A stretch of DNA of 64,000 nucleotides, taken from assembly GCA_937872895.1 (NCBI GenBank), contig CALMUP010000008.1, positions 68,976 through 132,975 on the forward strand, given 5' to 3'. Numbering within the stretch: position 1 is the first letter of the stretch; every line of letters starts with the position of its first letter. Source of the DNA: an uncultured Verrucomicrobiota bacterium. GTDB taxonomy: Bacteria; Verrucomicrobiota; Kiritimatiellia; CAIVKH01. Positions 1 through 8,520 of the stretch are shown piece by piece. The translations under genes and the position numbers were made by a program. Below the pieces are notes generated by a model, which saw only the letters and a program-made list of their open reading frames with translations, had not been told where the DNA came from and searched no databases.

Positions 1-610
1 GGGTTGGCTGGCGCGGCACGGAAGAACGGCGTCCCGCGCGGAAATCCTCCACCAGTATGCCGCTTTCGAACCCGAGGCGCAGGTGGGTCTCTACCGGCGC
101 TACCGTGACGTGCTGGCCGTGGTTATGCAACGGTTCAGCGGGTCGTACGGGATCCCGCTGGCGGCGGGCGATGAGCGGATTCTCGCCGAATCGCTGGCCA
201 GCTGGCCAGCCTTTCCGGATGTTGCGGACGCGCTGGTGAAACTGGCGTCGCGTTACCGGTTGGTGATCCTGTCCAACGTGGACCGCGACCTGTTCGAGGG
301 CACGCGTGCGCAATTGCCGCCGGTGCTGGCCGGGGTGGTTACCGCCGAGGATGTGCAGGCCTACAAGCCGTCGCACCGGCATTTCCACGCCGCGATGGAG
401 CAGTATGCCTGCACGCCGGAGCAGATCCTGCACGTGGCGGAAAGCCTGTTCCACGACATCCTGCCCTGCCGCGAACTGGGGATCCCGCATTGCTGGATCA
501 ACCGGAAGGGCAAGACGATGGGCACGGGGGCGACAAGGGGCGCGGTGGTGCAGCCGGAGGCGGAGGCGGCATCGCTTGATGAATTCACCCGGCGGGTGCT
601 CGGCGCATGA
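1..610 (+). CDS. HAD-superfamily hydrolase (haloacid dehalogenase type II-like), 5' end outside window
   Basis: The reading frame is open from nt 2, so the GTG at 83 in the ORF track is probably internal. The C-terminal part matches HAD hydrolases (…VILSNVDRDLFEG…, …KPSHRHF…, ESLFHDILPCRELGIP). Confidence 0.55.
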   Translation, partial: GWLARHGRTASRAEILHQYAAFEPEAQVGLYRRYRDVLAVVMQRFSGSYGIPLAAGDERILAESLASWPAFPDVADALVKLASRYRLVILSNVDRDLFEGTRAQLPPVLAGVVTAEDVQAYKPSHRHFHAAMEQYACTPEQILHVAESLFHDILPCRELGIPHCWINRKGKTMGTGATRGAVVQPEAEAASLDEFTRRVLGA

Positions 611-765
611 GCGGGGACGACACGCCGTCGGAGTCGACTGCGGAGCCGTCCTCGGAACCGGTCTGTCCGGTGTGCGGCGCACCGCTCGTCCACGAGAAGT
701 GCAAGCTGGTGTGCCGCAGCGAGCGGTGCGTCTACCGGATCGTTTTCAACTGCGCGGAGTTCTGA
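607..765 (+). CDS. Small Cys-rich zinc-ribbon-like protein (52 aa)
   Basis: ATG at 607 overlaps the upstream TGA (ATGA), and the stop at 763-765 abuts the ATG of the next gene at 766. Translation is MSGDDTPSESTAEPSSEPVCPVCGAPLVHEKCKLVCRSERCVYRIVFNCAEF, with CPxCG … CxxxC … C spacing. It is below the 60-aa cutoff of the ORF track. Confidence 0.4.
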   Translation: MSGDDTPSESTAEPSSEPVCPVCGAPLVHEKCKLVCRSERCVYRIVFNCAEF

Positions 766-1236
766 ATGAAGCAGTACTGGTTGATGAAATCGGAGCCGGA
801 TGTCTATTCGATCACGGACCTGGAGCGCGACCGCACGACGTCCTGGACCGGGGTGCGGAACTACCAGGCACGCAATTTCATGCGCGATGCGATGAAGGTC
901 GGCGACGAGGTGTTGTTCTACCACTCCAACGCGGAGCCGCCAGGGGTGGCGGGCCTGGCCCGGGTGGTGCGACTGGCGCATCCGGACCGCACGGCCTTGG
1001 ACCCCGGGAGCGACTACTACGACCCCAAGGCCACGGAGGAAAACCCGATCTGGATGCATGTCGATGTCGGGCATGTCCGCACCTTCCCGCAGGTGGTCAC
1101 GTTGGATACGCTGAAGGCGGACCCGGCGCTGGACGGCTTGATGGTGACCAAGCGTGGCATGCGCCTCTCGGTGCAACCGGTCAGCGCCGCCCATTTCGCG
1201 CGGATCGTGCAGCTGGCCGGGACTCGAAAGGCGTGA
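766..1236 (+). CDS. EVE (PUA-like) domain protein
   Basis: 156 aa. MKQYWLMKSEPDVYSI…WTGVRNYQARNFMRDAMKVGDEVLFYHS… is the canonical EVE-domain N-terminus. Confidence 0.8.
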   Translation: MKQYWLMKSEPDVYSITDLERDRTTSWTGVRNYQARNFMRDAMKVGDEVLFYHSNAEPPGVAGLARVVRLAHPDRTALDPGSDYYDPKATEENPIWMHVDVGHVRTFPQVVTLDTLKADPALDGLMVTKRGMRLSVQPVSAAHFARIVQLAGTRKA

Positions 1237-1239
1237 GGG

Positions 1240-1600
1240 TGAAACCGCGGATGTCGCGGAGGGCGCGGATGGGGCGGGTGATCCTGTCGTTCCGGCGTTG
1301 TAGGCCGGAAGCGGACGGAACAAAGAGAGTGAACGACGGAACACGCGGAATTTACGGAAGGGGTTTGGTAGCGATGGTACGCCCTTCCTGTAGGCGGGAT
1401 CGGTGATCCCGCGGATGCGGTGCGGGAGATCGGACCGACCCACTCCGGCGTACAACGCCGGAGCTACAGGAAGAGTGTATGGAACCGCGGATGTCGCGGA
1501 GAGCGCGGATGAAGCGGGCTGGTTCTGTACTTCGGGTGTTGTACGCCGGAAAAAGACTGCGAAGCGAGAGGGAGCCGCGGCGGGCGAGCGCAACCGCCGC
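1240..1600. repeat. Cluster of REP-like palindromic elements in a convergent intergenic region
   Basis: Two imperfect direct repeats of about 80 bp (1243-1320 and 1478-1560) share 'gaaccgcggatgtcgcggag(g/a)gcgcggatg' and each contains the palindrome ccgcg-gatgt-cgcgg. There are three copies of a CCGGCG-TTGTA(G/C)-GCCGG-type hairpin, one in inverted orientation (ccggcgttgtaggccgg, ccggcgtacaacgccgg, cgggtgttgtacgccgg). Confidence 0.5.
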
Positions 1601-1606
1601 GCTGGA

Positions 1607-2401
1607 TCAGACGCTGTCGGCACCGAGGAATGCGCGAACATCGTCGGCCAGGTCCTGGTGGCAGGCGGCGATGCAGGCATAGCGACCGGGTTGGGCGATG
1701 GGTTGGATCGCGAAGGAACCACCGGCGCGTTGGATGATCAGACCGGCGGCGGCGACGTCCCAAAGGTACAGTCCGGTCTGGCAGAAGATATCAACCGAGC
1801 CGACGGCGACCTGGCAGAGGTCGAGGGCGGCGGCTCCGAGGATGCGGACCTTCTGCACATGCGGGGCGAGGCGCTGGGCAGTGGCCAGCGGGGGATCGCG
1901 CGGGTTCAGTTCCTTTTCAGAACCGGTGACCACGAGGGCATCGGCGAGGCGGCGCGTTTCAGCAACCTTGAGGGTCACGCCGTTGCACCGTGCCGGGGTG
2001 TCGGTGCTGGCTTCGTAGAGGTGGTCGAATTCCGGGGCATAGACCGACCCGGCCACCACGGTGCCGTGGACGCGCACGGCAACCGAGGAGCACCACCAGG
2101 GGATGCCGTGGAAGAAATTCACCGTACCGTCGATCGGGTCGAGGATCCACTCCACGCCGTTGGTCGCGCCATCGACCGTCCATTCCTCGCCGAGGACCGG
2201 GTCGCCGGGAAACACCTTGTGGATGGCCTCGACTGCGGTGTGCTGGGCCTCGCGGTCGAGCTGCAGTTTCACGTCATGGGAAAAGCGTTCATGAATTTCC
2301 GAACGGCGCGCCTTTTCCCGCAGGGCATGGAGGCCGGCGGCGCGGGCGGCATCGCGGCAGACAGCCAGCAGGTGGTCCACGCTGCGATCGGGCGTGCTCA
2401 T
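1607..2401 (-). CDS. Inositol monophosphatase family protein (SuhB/CysQ-like)
   Basis: 264 aa, with the motifs DPIDGT and WDVAAAGLII characteristic of the IMPase fold. Confidence 0.8.
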   Translation of the reverse strand: MSTPDRSVDHLLAVCRDAARAAGLHALREKARRSEIHERFSHDVKLQLDREAQHTAVEAIHKVFPGDPVLGEEWTVDGATNGVEWILDPIDGTVNFFHGIPWWCSSVAVRVHGTVVAGSVYAPEFDHLYEASTDTPARCNGVTLKVAETRRLADALVVTGSEKELNPRDPPLATAQRLAPHVQKVRILGAAALDLCQVAVGSVDIFCQTGLYLWDVAAAGLIIQRAGGSFAIQPIAQPGRYACIAACHQDLADDVRAFLGADSV

Positions 2402-2402
2402 G

Positions 2403-3329
2403 TCAACGTTGGTACCAGGCGATGGTGCGGCGGAGACCTTCCTCGAAGGTCACCTTGGGTTCCCAGCCGATCATCGCCTTCGCACGCGAGGAGTCGGCCT
2501 GGCTGTCGCGGACATCGCCGGCGCGGGCCGGTTCGTGTTTCGGCTCGATGTTCTTGCCGAGGATGCGGGCGATCAGCAGGGCGAGTTCCTTGATCGAGAT
2601 GCGGTTGCCCCAGGCCACGTTGTACACGCCACCGGCGGCGGCTTCCGGGGCATCGCAGCAGGCGAGGTTCGCGGCGACGATGTCGTCCACATAGGTGAAG
2701 TCGCGGGTCTGGCCGCCGTCGCCGTGCAGGATCGGGGCGCGGTCATTCAGCACCGCGTTGATGAACAGCGGGATCACCGCGGCGTAGTCGGACTTCGGAT
2801 TCTGGCGCGGACCGAACACGTTGAAGTAGCGGAGCGAATAGGTCTTCAAGCCGTACAGGTTGTGGAACATGCGCAGGTAATGTTCGCCGGCCAGCTTGTG
2901 CAAGGCGTAGGGGGAGAGCGGGGTGGGGGTCATGTCCTCGTGCTTGGGCAGCACCGGGGTGTTGCCGTAGACGGAGGAGGATGAAGAGAAGACAACACGG
3001 TCCACGCCGGCATCGCGGGCGGCGAGCAGCAGGTTCAGCGTGCCGTTGATGTTCACATCGTTGGCCGACCAGGGGTCCTCGACGGAGCGGATGACCGAGG
3101 GCATCGCGCCGAAGTGGATCACGAAGCGGACATCCTTCACGGCGCGGGCCACGGTGGCCCGGTCGCGCAGGTCGCCCTCGATCAGCTCGATGCGGTCCTC
3201 AAGGCCGGCGAGGTTTTCGCGGCGGCCTGAGAAGAAGTTGTCGAGCACCCGGACCGGACGGCCCTCGGCAGCGAGACGGTGGACGAAGTTGGAACCAATG
3301 AAGCCGGCGCCGCCGGTGACGAGGTACAC
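2403..3329 (-). CDS. NAD-dependent epimerase/dehydratase (extended SDR; UDP-sugar 4-epimerase-like)
   Basis: Has the GGAGFIGS Rossmann motif and a YxxxK (YALHK) motif. 308 aa, abutting the IMPase gene. Confidence 0.85.
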   Translation of the reverse strand: MYLVTGGAGFIGSNFVHRLAAEGRPVRVLDNFFSGRRENLAGLEDRIELIEGDLRDRATVARAVKDVRFVIHFGAMPSVIRSVEDPWSANDVNINGTLNLLLAARDAGVDRVVFSSSSSVYGNTPVLPKHEDMTPTPLSPYALHKLAGEHYLRMFHNLYGLKTYSLRYFNVFGPRQNPKSDYAAVIPLFINAVLNDRAPILHGDGGQTRDFTYVDDIVAANLACCDAPEAAAGGVYNVAWGNRISIKELALLIARILGKNIEPKHEPARAGDVRDSQADSSRAKAMIGWEPKVTFEEGLRRTIAWYQR

Positions 3330-3350
3330 GATGTTGCCTCCGGGTTGTGA

Positions 3351-5540
3351 TTAATAGCCGACGTCGATCATGGTGCCGGGGAAGGCGGTCAGCCAGAGCT
3401 GCAGCCAGACCTGCTCATCGTCATCCACCTGGCGGAAACCGAGGCCCCAGCCGATGCACTGGCCGGTACGGCGGATAAAGTAGGATTGCTCCTCCAGTTC
3501 ATCCTCTTCGAAATCCATGCGGAAACTCGAATTGAAGGACCAGCGGTCCTGCGGGAAAAGGTCGATGACCAGACCACCGAGGCTTTGTTGGTCGAGTCGA
3601 TAACGGTATTCGAGGCCGACGCGGCTCAGATCATCCATCAGGTAGGAGACCTGGGTGCTGAAGGTTTCGACCTCGGACTCGTAGGGGTCGTACGAACCGT
3701 CGAACTCGATCAACAGCCAGGGGACGAGGCTCATGTCGGCATCCCAGAAGATCTCCGAGAAGTCTTCCTCATCGTCCTCCTTCTCCACGCGGTAGAAGGT
3801 GTAGACATTCAGGTCGATCAGATCCACCGGTTGCTTGACGCGGCGGGTCTGCAGTTTGTTGCGCATACCGAGCTTGATGTCGTGGCGCTTGTCGATGGTG
3901 TCGATCGAATCAAACTGAGGAAGTTCATCCGGGGTCAGGTTCGGGCGGGGTTGGAAGGTGTGGTCGAGGTAGGGTTCGGCCACATGGCGGAGTCCGTCGC
4001 CGTCGCCCATGACGATGTAGTCGTCCCAGGTGCGGAACGCCTTGAAGGAGCCTTCCCACCCGAGCTGGTAGACGTTGCGGAGGTCGGCACCTTCGTCGAG
4101 GATGCTGGAGACGGTATTGGTGGTGACGGTGATGTTGCCGGCGCCGTCGTCTACGATGGCGGTGTTGGTTACGGTCGAGGATGACAAGGTCTCCGAATAA
4201 TAGGTACCGCGGTAGCCGGCGCGGGGGATGATGTTCAGGAACCCGAAGTGGCGGGTGGGGTAGTAGATGGTGTTGGCCGAATCGATGCGGAAGGAATCGT
4301 AATCCTCGGCCACCGGATCCCCGGATACCGGATCCTCCGGGAATACCCGTTCGAGGTAGGAGGCGGCGCTGCGGCTTTCGAAGTAGAAACCGCTGTCATC
4401 GATCTGCTTGCGAGGAACGTCGAGGGTCAGTTCCGGCAGGCGGTCCACGTTTTCGTAAAAATCGTTCAGGCGTTTGTTCAGCCCGATGGCGGCGGTGTAG
4501 TCATCGCCGCGGTGGGTCAGGGTCACCCGGTTCTCAGGTTGGACCTGGTTACGGTATTCACGGTTGAAGAAGTCCTGCAGAATGAAGGGATCGCTCAGAT
4601 AATTTGCGTCGGCGAGCAGGAAGTCGCGGTCCGAGAATTCATGGAAGTGGGTGAGGCGGATGCGGTAGCGCTCCTCATCGACGATGTCCTCGGTGCGGTT
4701 TTCCGAGTCGGGGCCGCGCAGCGGATCATCATCGTTCAGGTAGTAGCCTTGGATCATGCCGTTGTAGGTATCGTTTTCGCGGTCCTTCCAAACGAAGTCC
4801 TGACCGACGCCGACACCGCGCTTGGAGCGATAGTCGAGGTGGGTGATGCCGCGGAGATTTTCAGCGAGGCGGTAATTGTAGGCGGTGAGCATGAACGCTC
4901 CGAGGCGCGAGCTGTAGCCGGGCACCAGTTGGAAGAAGCGCTCATGGGAGTCGAGGCTGCGCGAATAGGACGGAAGGTAGAGGTAAGGCAGGAACCCGAA
5001 GGCATAGAAGGTGGCGCCCTTGGTATAGACGCGGTTGTCCTTGATGCGGGCTTCACGGGCATGGATGGACACGGCCGGGTCATCACCTTCGCAGGTGGTG
5101 ATGATCACGCCGTTCAGGACGTATTCGTTGGTCGCGACCCGTTTGGAATCCTCGGCGGTCACATAGAAGGGATCGAAAAACATGCTGAAGGAACCGAAGT
5201 CGCCCGTGCGGGTCTTCAGATTGTAGCGGAGTTCCTCGCCACGCCAGATGTTGTCGCCGCGGCGGTAGATGACGTTGCCGCGGGCATAGACGTCCATGGT
5301 CTCGGTCTGCACGCTCATGTAGTCGGCGGTCAGCACGTCGCCGCGATCCCGCACTTCGACGTTTCCGGTACCGACCATGAGGTTCTTTTCGGCGAAGTAA
5401 TCCAAACTGTCAGCCACGATATCCAGCGGAGGGCGCTCCTGGGCTTTGGATTGGGCGAAGGTTGGGGGGAGGGTCGCCAGCAAGGCGGCAACCAGGGCGA
5501 AACAACCGGCAATCATGGATCGTGGCATGAGGTTCTCCAT
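3351..5540 (-). CDS. lptD: LPS-assembly outer-membrane protein LptD (OstA family)
   Basis: 729 aa with a signal peptide and an N-terminal OstA/LptA-like jellyroll region (…LMVGTGNVEVRDRGDVLTADYMSV…ARGNVIYRRGDN…). The large C-terminal part is rich in β-strands. Confidence 0.7.
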   Translation of the reverse strand: MENLMPRSMIAGCFALVAALLATLPPTFAQSKAQERPPLDIVADSLDYFAEKNLMVGTGNVEVRDRGDVLTADYMSVQTETMDVYARGNVIYRRGDNIWRGEELRYNLKTRTGDFGSFSMFFDPFYVTAEDSKRVATNEYVLNGVIITTCEGDDPAVSIHAREARIKDNRVYTKGATFYAFGFLPYLYLPSYSRSLDSHERFFQLVPGYSSRLGAFMLTAYNYRLAENLRGITHLDYRSKRGVGVGQDFVWKDRENDTYNGMIQGYYLNDDDPLRGPDSENRTEDIVDEERYRIRLTHFHEFSDRDFLLADANYLSDPFILQDFFNREYRNQVQPENRVTLTHRGDDYTAAIGLNKRLNDFYENVDRLPELTLDVPRKQIDDSGFYFESRSAASYLERVFPEDPVSGDPVAEDYDSFRIDSANTIYYPTRHFGFLNIIPRAGYRGTYYSETLSSSTVTNTAIVDDGAGNITVTTNTVSSILDEGADLRNVYQLGWEGSFKAFRTWDDYIVMGDGDGLRHVAEPYLDHTFQPRPNLTPDELPQFDSIDTIDKRHDIKLGMRNKLQTRRVKQPVDLIDLNVYTFYRVEKEDDEEDFSEIFWDADMSLVPWLLIEFDGSYDPYESEVETFSTQVSYLMDDLSRVGLEYRYRLDQQSLGGLVIDLFPQDRWSFNSSFRMDFEEDELEEQSYFIRRTGQCIGWGLGFRQVDDDEQVWLQLWLTAFPGTMIDVGY

Positions 5541-5621
5541 ACGTCGTGGGCGAACCTAGCAGACCGGAGACGGACAAGCCACTATTTTTAGCCGGTGTCC
5601 GACGGGTGTCAGGGAGGGATT

Positions 5622-6041
5622 TCAGGTGGCTATCAGGAGCAGGAGCAGGCGGGCCGACCAGCCACCGGTGCGGATCCAGTTGGTGGTGACCAGGCGGCGA
5701 TGAACGGCGGCATCGTAGCCGCGGCCGAGCCGGTTGTGGCAGGGAATCTGGATCAGGGTGGTGGAAAGCCAGATCGCGGCGAGCAGCACCAGGCTGGCGA
5801 TGAGGGCGCTGCGTTGCGGGCCGGTGGCGCTGGCCAGCAGGGCGATGCCGGTGAGCAGTTCCGTGATCATGGCGGGTCCGACGATCAGGCCGATGCGCCG
5901 GGTGTAGCGCGCGTGATTCCGCGGGAAATCCGCCGGGGGGGATCGGTCGAGTTCCGGGTAGGTCACCAGCTGGGTCACCCAGATCACACCGGTCATGATG
6001 CCGGTGGCAGCGAGGTGGATGAGTAAGATGACGTCGCTCAT
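5622..6041 (-). CDS. DUF1772-like small integral membrane protein
   Basis: 139 aa with four predicted TM helices. The N-terminal motif LxxTQLVTYPEL resembles DUF1772. It overlaps the upstream SRPBCC gene by 4 nt. Confidence 0.45.
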   Translation of the reverse strand: MSDVILLIHLAATGIMTGVIWVTQLVTYPELDRSPPADFPRNHARYTRRIGLIVGPAMITELLTGIALLASATGPQRSALIASLVLLAAIWLSTTLIQIPCHNRLGRGYDAAVHRRLVTTNWIRTGGWSARLLLLLIAT

Positions 6042-6490
6042 GACAAGGCCTCAAGGGTAATGCGGTGGCGGAAGGTGAACAGGCGTTCGAACTTGGGCAG
6101 GATGATCAACCGGCCGAGCCACGGGCCGAGGCGACCGAGCGGCATGGTGAAGGTGACGTGGTCATGCAGGACGGAGCGGTTGGCATCGACGGGGATGATC
6201 CGGTGTTCGTGCCGGTAGGAGGCGAAGGGGCCGCGAAGCTGTACGTCGCAGAATTGCCGGTCCGGGACATAGTCGCGGTGTTCCAACTCCCAGCGGAGGC
6301 GGAACGGGCGGGGGCCGACGAGCAGCACGGCGCGGGCGCCATCGCGGACATGGCCGTCGTGGTGGAGGATGGTGACCGGCTCGCCGGGCGGGAGCAGGCG
6401 CCGAAAGGCGGCGGGTTCCTCGTGCCAACGGAACAGGCGTTCGGCGGAGCAGGGGATCTCGGTCTTCTTCTCGTAGATGAGCGGAGCCAT
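6038..6490 (-). CDS. SRPBCC (START/Bet v1-like, cyclase/dehydrase) family protein
   Basis: 150 aa. Composition and spacing are typical of SRPBCC ligand-binding proteins. It lies in an operon with the SDR and DUF1772 genes. Confidence 0.5.
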   Translation of the reverse strand: MAPLIYEKKTEIPCSAERLFRWHEEPAAFRRLLPPGEPVTILHHDGHVRDGARAVLLVGPRPFRLRWELEHRDYVPDRQFCDVQLRGPFASYRHEHRIIPVDANRSVLHDHVTFTMPLGRLGPWLGRLIILPKFERLFTFRHRITLEALS

Positions 6491-6493
6491 GGT

Positions 6494-7219
6494 TCACCGG
6501 GAGCGCACGGTGCTCAGGCCGCCGTCGACGCGGATGATCTGGCCGGTGACCCAGGAGGTGGCGGGATCGACCAGCCACGCCGCGGCGGCGGCGATGTCGG
6601 CGGGGGTGCCGATGCGGCCGAGCGGGTGCAGGGCGATCGAGGCCTTCAGGGCGGCCTCGTTGCCGGTGATCCGGGTGGCCAGCGGGGTGTCGGTCAGTCC
6701 GGGAGCGACGGCGTTCACGCGGAGGTTCTTCGCGGCATAGGTCGCGGCGGCGCTGATGACCAAGCCGTCGATGCCCGCCTTGGCCGAGGCGATGGCCTCG
6801 TGGTTGGCGAGGCCGATGCCGGTCGCCACGGTTGAGAAGAACACCATCGACCCGCCGGTTCCCATCATGGCCTTCGCGCCATGACGGGCCATCAGGAAGG
6901 CACTGACGAGGTTGGTGTCGAGGGTGGCTCGGAAATCCTCAATCGTCGTGAGGTGGGCGGGTTTCAGCAGCATGGAGCCGACGGCGTGCACGATGCCGTG
7001 GACCGGACCGATCGCGGCAAAGAGGGCGGCCACGTCCTCTTCGCGGGTGGCGTCCGCGGTGAAGGCCGGGGCGCCGAGTTCATCGGCGAGGGTTTGCACG
7101 GCATCGCGGTTGCGGCCGGCCAGGGCGAGGCGGTGGCCGCGGGTTTGGAGCAGGCGGGCGGTGGCGGCACCGATGCCACCGTTGGCGCCCATGATCAGGA
7201 TGGAAGAGTCGGGATTCAT
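6494..7219 (-). CDS. SDR-family short-chain dehydrogenase/reductase
   Basis: Has a GANGGIGAA Rossmann motif and the classical SDR core. 241 aa. Confidence 0.85.
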   Translation of the reverse strand: MNPDSSILIMGANGGIGAATARLLQTRGHRLALAGRNRDAVQTLADELGAPAFTADATREEDVAALFAAIGPVHGIVHAVGSMLLKPAHLTTIEDFRATLDTNLVSAFLMARHGAKAMMGTGGSMVFFSTVATGIGLANHEAIASAKAGIDGLVISAAATYAAKNLRVNAVAPGLTDTPLATRITGNEAALKASIALHPLGRIGTPADIAAAAAWLVDPATSWVTGQIIRVDGGLSTVRSR

Positions 7220-7280
7220 GCGACCAAGATACGCCAGGGCGGGACGGTTGCAATAGCCGGGGCGCGCAGCCGGGTGGTGG

Positions 7281-8468
7281 CTACAGCACCGGCTGGGTAT
7301 CGCGGACGACGAGGATGCGGGTGTTCCTGTTCTGGATGTAGGGTGGCTTGAGGTGCAGGGTCCGGCCGGCCCCGCCGGGGCTATGGACGAAGCGGACCTG
7401 GATCTCCTGCGGGTCGGTCGGGCAGGGCACGCGGGCGACCTGGAGCGAGCGGGGCAGCGTTTCCCAGCGGCGCACGTCGGGTTGTTCGAGCAGCCCGATC
7501 ATGATGATCCGGTACAGCGCGCCGACGAGTTCGTTCTGCTTGTCGAGTTGGTAGGCGGTCGCTTCCTTCAGGGCGATCCGGCTAACGGTCTTGGCCATGT
7601 CGCGGATCGCGTCCTTCTGCTTGGTGGTGAACGCGAGGTCGGCGGTGTCGGTCAGGGCATAACTGCGTCCGGCGGTCTGGCCATCGATGACGATCTCGGC
7701 GAAGCCGGCAGGCATGATCGGACGCCGTTGATTGTGGAGCTCCTGGCCGGTCGGGGAGCGGCCGATCAGGGCAAACACCACGAGTTCGTGGCCTGTGTTT
7801 GCGCCGGGTGTCGGGGAGGCGGGGGCATTGGTGCCGGGGGTGATCAGGCCGGTGCGCTCATCGATCTGAAGGGCGGGGAGCAGTTTGCCGGCCTCGCGGA
7901 ACTGCAATGCGGCATTGGACCAGTCGCCGATCATCGACAGGCAGAAGCCGGCCATGTAGCGGGAATAGGCGTCGTCGGGATAGTCCTTTTTCGCTTCCGC
8001 CGATAGCGACTGGATGATGCGGCGTGCTTCTACCGCGGCATTCTCCCAGTTCGACTGCAGCAGGTGATTCTTCGCGGTGAACGTGTGGAGCAGGGTGCGT
8101 TCGAACGGGACAGCATGGAAATTCTGGACATTGTCGTTGATGACCATGGATGCCGTGTCCTTGGTCACACTGATTGCGGTCATCTCCTCCAGCGTCTCAT
8201 AGGCATCGAGAAAATCCTTCGTCGAGTCGTCGTAGTGTTCGGCGGCCTGGCGGATCATGCCGCGCTCCATCATGAACAGAACGCGGTCGCGTTCGGGAAA
8301 ATCGGCCTTCTCCAACGTTTCGGCCGCCTTCCGGTAGTCGCCGCTGTGGTACTCGCGCCGCGCCTGGTTGAGGGACGAGGACGCACAACCGGAGGCGACG
8401 GCGGCCAGCAGGGCCAGCATCACCAACCCGGATGCTCTGGTCGGGGCGTGGTGCATGGTGGTCAACAT
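7281..8468 (-). CDS. Hypothetical lipoprotein
   Basis: Signal peptide with lipobox LAAVASGC. 395 aa. It lies immediately upstream of, and on the same strand as, the LpoB-like gene. Confidence 0.5.
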   Translation of the reverse strand: MLTTMHHAPTRASGLVMLALLAAVASGCASSSLNQARREYHSGDYRKAAETLEKADFPERDRVLFMMERGMIRQAAEHYDDSTKDFLDAYETLEEMTAISVTKDTASMVINDNVQNFHAVPFERTLLHTFTAKNHLLQSNWENAAVEARRIIQSLSAEAKKDYPDDAYSRYMAGFCLSMIGDWSNAALQFREAGKLLPALQIDERTGLITPGTNAPASPTPGANTGHELVVFALIGRSPTGQELHNQRRPIMPAGFAEIVIDGQTAGRSYALTDTADLAFTTKQKDAIRDMAKTVSRIALKEATAYQLDKQNELVGALYRIIMIGLLEQPDVRRWETLPRSLQVARVPCPTDPQEIQVRFVHSPGGAGRTLHLKPPYIQNRNTRILVVRDTQPVL

Positions 8469-8520
8469 GGCCGCCCGGTCGTCGCATGGAACGGCGATCC
8501 GGGCGGGGTGTGCGTGCCGG

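Noticed and set aside
361-1722. 453-aa minus-strand ORF spanning the HAD, EVE and repeat region, with similar long antisense ORFs elsewhere (e.g. 1403-2593, 9376-10500, 10434-11756, 13800-14948, 18284-19807, 33175-35286, 44101-46251, 49086-50186).
   Set aside because: These are typical shadow ORFs of high-GC DNA. They are antisense to genes with clear homology, Arg/Pro/Gly-rich, and lack RBS or domain signatures. The sense-strand genes explain the sequence.
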